A stretch of 13,565 nt of DNA, taken from Candidatus Methylomirabilia bacterium. GTDB lineage: Bacteria; Methylomirabilota; Methylomirabilia; Rokubacteriales; CSP1-6. Made by a program: the position numbers and the translations under genes. Position 1 is the stretch's first letter; each line of letters starts with the position of its first letter. Under the pieces are notes generated by a model. The model saw nothing but the letters and a program-made list of their open reading frames with translations, ran no database searches and was not told where the DNA came from. Location: the NCBI GenBank assembly GCA_046758965.1, contig JBHIBG010000072.1, positions 1-13,565 on the forward strand, in the 5' to 3' direction. Shown piece by piece: positions 1-7,224 of this stretch.

Positions 1-52
1 CCCCCGACCCGCTGCTTACAAGGCAGCCGCTCTACCCCTGAGCTACGCCAGC
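1..52 (-). tRNA. tRNA-Thr (anticodon UGU), 3' part truncated by window edge
   Basis: Reverse complement reads GCTGGCG-TA-GCTCAGGGGTAGAGC-G-GCTGC-CT-TGT-AA-GCAGC-GGGTCGGGGG: acceptor 5' strand, D-arm, 5-bp anticodon stem with TGT, variable loop and start of T-stem. Confidence 0.96.
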
Positions 53-66
53 ACACACAAAACTTC

Positions 67-95
67 ATAATAAGTCACAGCCTTCATTGGGTCAA
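67..95 (-). promoter_or_regulatory. Sigma70-type promoter for the tRNA-Thr transcript
   Basis: Minus strand TTGACC (95-90), exactly 17-nt spacer, TATTAT (72-67), 14 nt upstream of the tRNA 5' end, in a locally AT-rich patch. The -35 box overlaps the rlmB TGA stop. Confidence 0.8.
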
Positions 96-850
96 GGAAT
101 TTTTCCTGCTCCCTGACCGTGACGCTGTCGGATCACCTCGTAGCAGAGCGCGGCAGCTGCCCCCGCCACGTTCAGCGAGCCCACCTTTCCCAGCATCGGA
201 ATGGTAACCAGCATGTCGCAGGCCCGGCTGACGCCCGGTCTCAGCCCCTCCCCCTCACTGCCAAGGACCAGGCAGAGCGGACCGGTCAGATCTCGGTTCC
301 ACACGGACACACCCCCGTGGGACACGCTCCCATAGATCCAAACCCCCGATTTTCTTAGCGCTTCGAGCGTGTTGACGAGGTTGGTCTCCCGGGCCACGGC
401 CACCGACTCGAGGGCCCCCATCGCCGCTCGGGCAGCCGTCCCTGTCAGGCCGACCTGGTGGTGCTTCGGGAGGATCACCCCGTGGACCCCGAAGGCGTCC
501 GCGGCCCGCAGGAGGGCACCCAGGTTCCGCGGGTCCTGAACCCGGTCGAGAGCGAGGAAGAACGCCGCCTCGTCCCGGTCAGCGGGGATGCGCAGGAGCA
601 TCTCGAGGTCGACGTACTCAGCCGCCGCGACCCGGGCTACCACTCCCTGGTGCTGGGGTGAGCCGGCCATGGCCGTGAGCTGCGCCCGGCTGCGATACGA
701 AACCTTCACGCCGACCCGCCGCGCGAGCGCCACCATCTCGGCGAGGTGCCCGCTCGCACCTGCAACGACCGCAATCTCGTCGGCCCGGCGCCGACCGCTC
801 CTCAGCAGGGCGAAAACCGGATTGCGGCCGTAGACGCACTCTTCGGTCAC
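92..850 (-). CDS. rlmB: 23S rRNA (guanosine-2'-O)-methyltransferase RlmB, TrmH/SPOUT family
   Basis: YGRNPV N-terminus, HQGVVA, LDRVQDPRNLGALLR, LVLGSEGEGL and IPMLGKVGSLNV SPOUT motifs. Start moved from 868 to the GTG at 850, which overlaps the cysS stop (GTGA). Confidence 0.92.
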   Translation of the reverse strand: MTEECVYGRNPVFALLRSGRRRADEIAVVAGASGHLAEMVALARRVGVKVSYRSRAQLTAMAGSPQHQGVVARVAAAEYVDLEMLLRIPADRDEAAFFLALDRVQDPRNLGALLRAADAFGVHGVILPKHHQVGLTGTAARAAMGALESVAVARETNLVNTLEALRKSGVWIYGSVSHGGVSVWNRDLTGPLCLVLGSEGEGLRPGVSRACDMLVTIPMLGKVGSLNVAGAAAALCYEVIRQRHGQGAGKIP

Positions 851-2271
851 ACGCCTTCCCACTTCCACCGGGTCCCGGAGGGCGCGTCTTCCACGGTCAC
901 GCCGAGCGCCGTGAGCTCGGCGCGGAGCTTATCGGCGCGCGTCCAGTCGCGCTGCCTCCTGGCCCTGTCCCGCTGCGCGACCAACTGATCGATCTTGTCT
1001 CGAAGCTCGGGGGCTATCTCGGGACGCTTCGGCGAGCGCTCCAGCACGCCGAGAACGCGGCAGAGCCCCACTAGGGCCTCAACGCCGTCTATGAACGGCC
1101 TGATCGCGCGCTCGCCGCCACCAGCCAGATCACGGTACCCGTAGAGCACGTGGCTCAGCTCGAACAGCGCGCCGAGCGCCTGGGGCGTGTTGAAGTCGTC
1201 ATCCATCGCCGACTCGAACCGCGCTCGCCAGATCGCGACCTCACGCGGCAGGCCACCATCGGGCCCGCCGGCCGGTGCGGCAGGCGCGAGACGCTCGGCC
1301 TCCTGCGGGAGCCTCCGGAGTCGCTCCAGCGCGCGCGCCGCCTCGTGGAGGCGCTCCTCCCCGAACTCGAGGGGGTTGCGGTAGTGCGTACCCAAGAGGT
1401 ACAGCCGCAGCGCCTCTGGATCGTGGCGGCTGACGAGGTCCCTGACCGTCAGGATGTTGCCGAGCGACTTCGACATCTTCTCCTGGGCGAAGTTGACGAA
1501 GCCGTTGTGAATCCAGCAGTGGACGAACGGCTTGCCGGTCGCAGCCTCGGATTGAGCGATCTCGTTCTCGTGGTGGGGAAAGATGAGATCTTCGCCGCCG
1601 CCGTGGATGTCGAAACTCTGGCCAAGATAATGCATCGACATGGCCGAGCACTCGATGTGCCAGCCAGGGCGGCCCGGACCCCAGGGGCTCTGCCAGGCCG
1701 GCTCTCCTGCCTTGGAGGCCTTCCAAAGCGCGAAATCCATGAGATCGCGTTTCCGCTCGTCCGCCTCCACGCGGGCTCCAGCCCGAAGCTCATCCAGGTT
1801 CTTGCCGGAGAGCCTGCCGTACTGTGGGAACCGACGAACCTCGAAATAGACGTCCCCGTCCACCGGGTACGCCACCCCCTGGGTCAGCAGCTGCTTGATG
1901 ATCTGAATCATCTGGCTGATATGCTCGGTTGCCTTAGGCTCCACGTCCGCCTCCAGCACCCCGAGGGCCGCCATGTCCTTCCGATACTCCTCGATGTAGC
2001 GTTCCGCCAGATCGCGGGGCGGGACGCCCTCCTCCTGGGCCCGCCTGATGATCTTGTCATCCACGTCGGTAAAGTTCTTGACGTAGCGGACCCGGTAACC
2101 CTTGAAGCGCAAGTAGCGGACGATTACGTCGAAAACCAAGGCGCTCCGGGCGTGGCCGATGTGAGCGAGGCCGTAGACCGTCACCCCGCAGACATACAGC
2201 CGCACTTCGCCCTCGACGAGTGGGGCGAACGCCTCCTTCTTTCGTGCAAGGGTGTTGTAGATCCTCAGCAT
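847..2271 (-). CDS. cysS: Cysteine--tRNA ligase
   Basis: YVCGVTVY, HIGH, NFTDVDDKII, DFALWK, GRPGWHIECSAM, DIHGGGEDLIFPHHENE, KMSKSLGN, MDDDFNTP. Confidence 0.99.
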   Translation of the reverse strand: MLRIYNTLARKKEAFAPLVEGEVRLYVCGVTVYGLAHIGHARSALVFDVIVRYLRFKGYRVRYVKNFTDVDDKIIRRAQEEGVPPRDLAERYIEEYRKDMAALGVLEADVEPKATEHISQMIQIIKQLLTQGVAYPVDGDVYFEVRRFPQYGRLSGKNLDELRAGARVEADERKRDLMDFALWKASKAGEPAWQSPWGPGRPGWHIECSAMSMHYLGQSFDIHGGGEDLIFPHHENEIAQSEAATGKPFVHCWIHNGFVNFAQEKMSKSLGNILTVRDLVSRHDPEALRLYLLGTHYRNPLEFGEERLHEAARALERLRRLPQEAERLAPAAPAGGPDGGLPREVAIWRARFESAMDDDFNTPQALGALFELSHVLYGYRDLAGGGERAIRPFIDGVEALVGLCRVLGVLERSPKRPEIAPELRDKIDQLVAQRDRARRQRDWTRADKLRAELTALGVTVEDAPSGTRWKWEGV

Positions 2272-2280
2272 GGCGGGCTT

Positions 2281-3669
2281 TCACACCGTGACGCTGGCCA
2301 ACGCCCGCTCCGCACGCCGGCGCACGACCTCCGGGCCGAGCACCCAGAGCAGTGTGGCCACCGGCAGCCCCTGGCGCTGGCCGGTGAGGGACTGCCGCAC
2401 TGCATGCATCAGCACCCGCTTCTTGACGCCGAGGGCCCGCTCCAGTCCGTCGACGAACGCCCGCGCCTCGGCCTCACTCGCGAGCGAGGCCCCGAGGACC
2501 GACTGCCTCAGCGCTTCGACCACAGCCCGGTCGCCGGCCGAACCCGGGGAGGCTTGGAGGCTCGGCTCCCGGACCACCCCGGCGACCTGCTCGACGACCG
2601 CCCGCAGGCTCCCGGTCTCCCCCTTCACGGCGACGACCGCCCGCTCAACCATCGCGCGGTCCGCCCACGGCAGCTCGGCCGTCACTTGCGCGAGCAGCCG
2701 CTCCACTGGCAGACGCCTGAGGTGCTGCCGGTTGAACCAGGCCAGCCGATCCGGATCGAAGCGGGCCGGGGAGCGGGACACGCGGGCCAGCGAGAAGAGT
2801 CGACTCAGCGTGGCCAGGTCCATGACCTCACTCTGGCCGGCCGGCGGCGACCATCCGAGGAGCGCCAGATAATTGACCAGGGCTTCGGGAAGGATGCCCA
2901 TTTCCCGGTGCTCGCCCACCGTGGTCGCCCCATGGCGCTTGGAGAGCGGCTGGCCGTCGTGGCCTGAGATCAGCGGGAGGTGCGCATACTTGGGAGGCTC
3001 AAAGCCCAAGGCCCGGGCCACCGCGATCTGTCTCGGGGTATTGGCCAGGTGATCATCCCCCCGGACCACGTGGGTCACCCGCATCCAGGCGTCGTCCACG
3101 GCCGCCGCGAAGTTGTAGGCGGGGCTCCCGTCGGCGCGGAGGATAATGAAATCTCCGAGGGCCTCGCCCACGAAGCTCACCTCTCCTTTGACAATGTCGG
3201 CCACCGTCAGGGGATCGGCAGGCATGCGGAAGCGCACCGCGGCGGGCTCGCCCGCCCGCTCCCGAGCCGCCGCCTCGCTCGCCGGGATCTGCCGGCAGCG
3301 ACCGTCGTAGCGCGGCGGCTGGCCTCGCGCGATCTGCTCCTGACGCCGCGCTTCAAGCTCCTCAGGGGTGCAAAAACAGCGGTAGGCAGCTCCGGCGCCA
3401 AGGAGGCGCTCGGCGAGAGCCCGGTACGCCTCACGCCGGCTTGATTGGCGGACAATCTCCTCGTCCCAGTGAAGGCCGAGCCAGGTGAGACTCGACACAA
3501 TCGCCGAACCCCACTCAGCAGCGGACCGGTCCGGATCGGTGTCTTCGATCCGGAGGAGGAAGCGGCCATCGTGCTTTCTGGCGAAAAGCCAGTTGAAGAG
3601 CGCGGTGCGAGCATTCCCCAGGTGGAGCGGGCCCGTGGGGCTTGGGGCAAACCGGAGGCGAACGCTCAT
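2281..3669 (-). CDS. gltX: Glutamate--tRNA ligase (class Ib), full length with anticodon-binding domain
   Basis: RFAPSPTGPLHLGNARTALFNWL, LRIEDTD, CFC...YDGRC Zn motif, YNFAAAVDD, THVVRGDDH, PLSKR. At 462 aa with a C-terminal RQSLTG helical domain it is not the short GluQ paralogue. Confidence 0.95.
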   Translation of the reverse strand: MSVRLRFAPSPTGPLHLGNARTALFNWLFARKHDGRFLLRIEDTDPDRSAAEWGSAIVSSLTWLGLHWDEEIVRQSSRREAYRALAERLLGAGAAYRCFCTPEELEARRQEQIARGQPPRYDGRCRQIPASEAAARERAGEPAAVRFRMPADPLTVADIVKGEVSFVGEALGDFIILRADGSPAYNFAAAVDDAWMRVTHVVRGDDHLANTPRQIAVARALGFEPPKYAHLPLISGHDGQPLSKRHGATTVGEHREMGILPEALVNYLALLGWSPPAGQSEVMDLATLSRLFSLARVSRSPARFDPDRLAWFNRQHLRRLPVERLLAQVTAELPWADRAMVERAVVAVKGETGSLRAVVEQVAGVVREPSLQASPGSAGDRAVVEALRQSVLGASLASEAEARAFVDGLERALGVKKRVLMHAVRQSLTGQRQGLPVATLLWVLGPEVVRRRAERALASVTV

Positions 3670-4142
3670 GGGAGCACCACGCTCACCACCGCCAGAGCTC
3701 CGATCCCTTCGTGACGACCGAGAAGCCCGAGCCCCTCGGGACTCTTGGCCTTCACGCTCACCCGGTCAGGGTCTACCTCCAGCGTCTCGGCCAGGCGCTT
3801 GACCATGGCGGGGAGCCAGGGAGCCAGCCGCGGCACCTCGGCCACCACGGTCGCGTCCACGTTGACGACCCGAGCCCCTCGGGCTCTCACCATCGCCAGC
3901 GTCTCCTGAAGGAGTCGAAGACTCGAGACCCCCTCGTAGCGAGGGTCTGTGTCGGGGAAGTGGCGACCCAGATCGCCCAGGGCGAGTGCGCCCAACATCG
4001 CTTCGGCGACCGCGTGGCAGAGAACATCCGCGTCCGAATGGCCGCTGAGCCCCCGCTCCGCCGGGACCGTCACCCCGCCCAGAATCAACGGCCGGCCGGA
4101 AGCGGTCGGATGGAGGTCAAACCCGAGGCCGACCCGGTTCAC
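3666..4142 (-). CDS. ispF: 2-C-methyl-D-erythritol 2,4-cyclodiphosphate synthase
   Basis: RVGLGFDLH, LILGGV, GHSDADVLCHA, GDLGRHFPDTD, NVDATV, VSVKAK. GTG start overlaps the ispD stop. Confidence 0.98.
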   Translation of the reverse strand: MNRVGLGFDLHPTASGRPLILGGVTVPAERGLSGHSDADVLCHAVAEAMLGALALGDLGRHFPDTDPRYEGVSSLRLLQETLAMVRARGARVVNVDATVVAEVPRLAPWLPAMVKRLAETLEVDPDRVSVKAKSPEGLGLLGRHEGIGALAVVSVVLP

Positions 4143-4825
4143 GATCGGCTCCCGGCCAAGAGGACCCTGGCCCGGGCAAGGTCCGCTCGAGTGGTGATCT
4201 TCAGATTCTCCCTGAGACCGACCACCATGCGGACAGGAGTGCCGAGTCGTTCGACCAAGCCCGCGTCGTCACTCCCCGTGAAGCCGTCGCGCCGCGCCTT
4301 CTCGTGCGCTTCCCAGAGGATCGAGCGGTGGAACGCCTGCGGGGTCTGGACGAGCCAGAGCCCTTCCCGCGCCACGGTGGCTTCCACAACGCTCTCCCGA
4401 ACCCGCGTGACGGTCTCCCACACCGGAAGACCACAGGTGGCGGCCCCGTGGCGGCGAGCGGCGCGGATCACCGCCCGGATCAGGGCGGCGGTAATGAAGG
4501 GGCGAACGCCATCATGGACCACCACCAGCCTCGTGGCTCTCGGGACCTGTTGGAGGGCCTCCCACACCGACTCCTGGCGGGTCCGGCCGCCGGCGACGAC
4601 GGCGAGAATCAGCGGGATACGCCACCGCGTGAGCAGGCGGCGGGTCATCTCAACCGCTCCGGGGGGCGCCGCCACAACAACTCCGTCCAGGGCTCTGGCG
4701 CGCCCCAGCGCCCGCAGGGTGTGGACCAGGAGCGGCACCTGGTCAAGCCGGAGAAACTGCTTGGGACGGCGGCGGCCGATCCGGTTCCCACTTCCCGCGG
4801 CCGGCACGATTCCGACTGCCCTCAC
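4139..4825 (-). CDS. ispD: 2-C-methyl-D-erythritol 4-phosphate cytidylyltransferase
   Basis: IVPAAGSGNR, PKQF, GGRTRQESV, VVHDGVRPF, VQTPQAF, SDDA, NLKITT. GGAGGA SD precedes the GTG start. Confidence 0.97.
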   Translation of the reverse strand: MRAVGIVPAAGSGNRIGRRRPKQFLRLDQVPLLVHTLRALGRARALDGVVVAAPPGAVEMTRRLLTRWRIPLILAVVAGGRTRQESVWEALQQVPRATRLVVVHDGVRPFITAALIRAVIRAARRHGAATCGLPVWETVTRVRESVVEATVAREGLWLVQTPQAFHRSILWEAHEKARRDGFTGSDDAGLVERLGTPVRMVVGLRENLKITTRADLARARVLLAGSRS

Positions 4826-5820
4826 CCGGAGGATTCCTCCTCCCTGAGGCGCGTGAAAATCATCCGCCCGGCGGTAGTCTGAAGCACACTGGTCACCATG
4901 ACATCCACATTCTGCCCGAGGTACTTCTTGCCGTGGTCCACCACCACCATGGTCCCGTCGTCCAGGTACGCCACCCCCTGCCCCGGCTCCTTCCCCTCCT
5001 TCAGCACGTGGACGTGCATCACCTCGCCGGGCAGCACCACCGGCTTCAGGGCATGGCCCAGCTCGTTCACGTTCAGCACGGAAACGCCCGAGAGCTCCGC
5101 CACCTTGTTGAGGTTGTAGTCGTTCGTGATGACCTTCCCGCCCAGGGCCTTGGCCACGTCGATGAGTTTTCGGTCAACTTCGCGGGCCCGGGGCGCATCG
5201 ACATCTCTGATCTGGACCTTCACTCGTGGAATCCGCTGGATCCGCTGCAGCACCTCGAACCCTCGCTTGCCCCGGTTCCGCTTGAGCCCGTCCGAGGAGT
5301 CGGCAATCTGCTGAAGTTCCCGGAGGATGAATTGCGGGACGATAAGAGTCCCCTCGAGAAATCCGGTCTCGCAGACGTCCGCAATCCTGCCGTCGATGAT
5401 GACGGAGGTGTCGAGCAGCTTATAGAGGTCGCGATCGGTCGCGACCTTCGGGAAGAGCTTGCCCGAGAGTCCCTCGAGCTCTTCTCCTTTTCGAAGCGCG
5501 ACAGCCGCCCCCAGATACCCCAGGAACAGCACCAGGAGCCCGCGCCCCACCCCTGCCTCCGGGAGCAGGGCGGTCAACGCCGCACCGAGGATCGAGCCGG
5601 TCAAGAGCCCAGCCAGCCCCCCGACAGCGCCCCAGAACAGGCGGTCTAGGGGCATCCGGCCCACCCTCCACTCCAGAAGGAGCAAGAGCCCGCCCGCCGC
5701 CAACCCGCCCCCGATCAGGAACGGCCGCGGGAAGGCCAAACCCATGGCCGGCCCCAGGACAAGCCCGGCGGCCGCGGCCAGACACAGCACGACTGTTCGC
5801 GTCAGCACAATGATGGTCAT
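4822..5820 (-). CDS. PIN/TRAM domain membrane protein (YacL-like, putative RNase)
   Basis: About four N-terminal hydrophobic segments; PIN motifs LLDTSVIIDGRI, ELQQIADS, EVDRKL, ITNDYNLNKVA; C-terminal TRAM GKEPGQGVAYLDDGTMVVV...SVLQTTAGRMIF. Strong SD GAGGGAGG. Position between radA and ispD matches B. subtilis yacL. Confidence 0.93.
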   Translation of the reverse strand: MTIIVLTRTVVLCLAAAAGLVLGPAMGLAFPRPFLIGGGLAAGGLLLLLEWRVGRMPLDRLFWGAVGGLAGLLTGSILGAALTALLPEAGVGRGLLVLFLGYLGAAVALRKGEELEGLSGKLFPKVATDRDLYKLLDTSVIIDGRIADVCETGFLEGTLIVPQFILRELQQIADSSDGLKRNRGKRGFEVLQRIQRIPRVKVQIRDVDAPRAREVDRKLIDVAKALGGKVITNDYNLNKVAELSGVSVLNVNELGHALKPVVLPGEVMHVHVLKEGKEPGQGVAYLDDGTMVVVDHGKKYLGQNVDVMVTSVLQTTAGRMIFTRLREEESSG

Positions 5821-5856
5821 CGCCTCCCTCAGTGCAACCGATGAGCAAAAAAGAGA

Positions 5857-7224
5857 TCATGATTCGAGAAGTGCTCGCACCGATTCATCAATGGATGACA
5901 CTCCCTGGACCTCAAGGGGGAGCGGCGGGCGCCCGCGGAGGTTGCTCTCCGGCACCACCGCTCCCTTGAGTCCCAGCATGGCGGCTTCCTTCAACCTGAC
6001 CTCAAGCCCGGTCACCGCACGGACTTCGCCCGTGAGCCCGACCTCGCCCATGATGACCAGCTCCCCCCTGACAGGGCGGTTCAGGTAGCTGGAGGCCGCA
6101 GCGATGACGACGCCCAAGTCCAGGGCGGGCTCTTCCACCCACGCGCCGCCGGCCACGTTCACAAAGGCGTCCTGCGTCTGAAGCGGGAACCCCATCCGCT
6201 TCTCCAGCACCGCCAGGAGCAGGCAGACGCGGTTCGGATCGGTCCCGAGCACGGTGCGCCGCGGGGATCCGAAGTGAGAAGGGCTGACCAGCGCCTGGAG
6301 CTCCAGCAGGAGGGGCCGGGTGCCCTCGAGGCTCGACACAATCACCGAGCCCGGGGCTCCCTGGGGACGCTCGGCGAGGAAGAATTGCGACGGATTCTTG
6401 ACCTCAACCAACCCCAGACCGGTGATCTCGAAGACACCGATCTCGTTGGTGGAGCCGAAACGGTTCTTGACCGCCCTGAGCACCCGAGAGGCGTGGTGGC
6501 TCGCCCCCTCGAAGTAGAGCACCGTGTCAACCAGGTGCTCGAGGACCCGGGGGCCGGCCAGGACCCCTTCCTTGGTGACGTGGCCCACGAGAAAGATGGC
6601 GATCCCCTTCCCCTTGGCGAGGAGCATGAGGCGACCCCCGCACTCGCGCACCTGGCTCACGCTTCCTGGCGCCGACTCCAGCTCGGGGAGGTAGAGGGTC
6701 TGGATCGAATCCACGACCAGCACAGCGGGCTTGAGCTGTTCCGTCTGCGTCTCGATGGCCTCCAGGTTACTCTCAGCCAGGAAATACAGGTCGCGAGACG
6801 AAATGCCAAGACGGTCTGCCCGGAGCTTGACCTGAGCCGCCGACTCCTCGCCCGAGACGTAGAGCACCGGACCGCTCCGGCGCGCCAGGGCATCGGAGGC
6901 CTGGAGGACCAGGGTGGACTTGCCGATGCCCGGATCGCCGCCGACTAGAACCAGCGACCCCGGGACTACGCCGCCGCCCAGAACCCGGTCCAGCTCGCCG
7001 ATCCCCGTGGGGGTGCGCCCACCGGTCTCCTGGCTGATCTCGGTGAGCGGCGTCGCCCGACCCGCCGTGGCCACCTGAGCGCGGGTCCCCCGCCGGGGAG
7101 AGTGGTGCTCCTCTACCAGCGGGTAGTAGTTCCCCTGCCGAGCGCAATCCGGGCAGGTCCCCGGCCTGGGCGAGGGGAACCCGCAGGCCTGACACCGGTA
7201 GACGACTGCATCCCTGACCATCAC
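5857..7224 (-). CDS. radA: DNA repair protein RadA/Sms
   Basis: C4 zinc finger, ELDRVLGGG, Walker A GGDPGIGKST, YVSGEES, VVDSIQT, GHVTKEG, LEHLVDTVL, KNRFG motif, Lon-like C-terminal domain. Start is GTG 7224 or the adjacent ATG 7221. Confidence 0.98.
   Translation of the reverse strand: MMVRDAVVYRCQACGFPSPRPGTCPDCARQGNYYPLVEEHHSPRRGTRAQVATAGRATPLTEISQETGGRTPTGIGELDRVLGGGVVPGSLVLVGGDPGIGKSTLVLQASDALARRSGPVLYVSGEESAAQVKLRADRLGISSRDLYFLAESNLEAIETQTEQLKPAVLVVDSIQTLYLPELESAPGSVSQVRECGGRLMLLAKGKGIAIFLVGHVTKEGVLAGPRVLEHLVDTVLYFEGASHHASRVLRAVKNRFGSTNEIGVFEITGLGLVEVKNPSQFFLAERPQGAPGSVIVSSLEGTRPLLLELQALVSPSHFGSPRRTVLGTDPNRVCLLLAVLEKRMGFPLQTQDAFVNVAGGAWVEEPALDLGVVIAAASSYLNRPVRGELVIMGEVGLTGEVRAVTGLEVRLKEAAMLGLKGAVVPESNLRGRPPLPLEVQGVSSIDESVRALLES

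Noticed and set aside
1..91. Integrative element attachment site at the tRNA
   Set aside because: Only the 5' side of the tRNA is in the window; no integrase or duplicated tRNA 3' end is visible.
1150..2967. 605-aa plus-strand ORF
   Set aside because: Antisense shadow of cysS and gltX, long because those two genes share a frame and GC-rich codons rarely create antisense stops; no recognisable motifs.
2281..3669. GluQ (YadB, glutamyl-queuosine synthetase) assignment for the GluRS-like gene
   Set aside because: GluQ is about 300 aa and lacks the anticodon-binding domain; this protein is 462 aa and retains it.
3642..4847. 401-aa plus-strand ORF and the other plus-strand or alternate-frame ORFs
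   Set aside because: They overlap well-supported minus-strand genes and have the Arg/Pro/Ala/Ser-rich composition typical of spurious GC-rich frames.
5821..5880. T-rich run after the radA stop (TCTCTTTTTTG) as an intrinsic terminator
   Set aside because: No convincing stem immediately upstream; only a 4-bp GTGC/GCAC and a short ATCATGAT palindrome.
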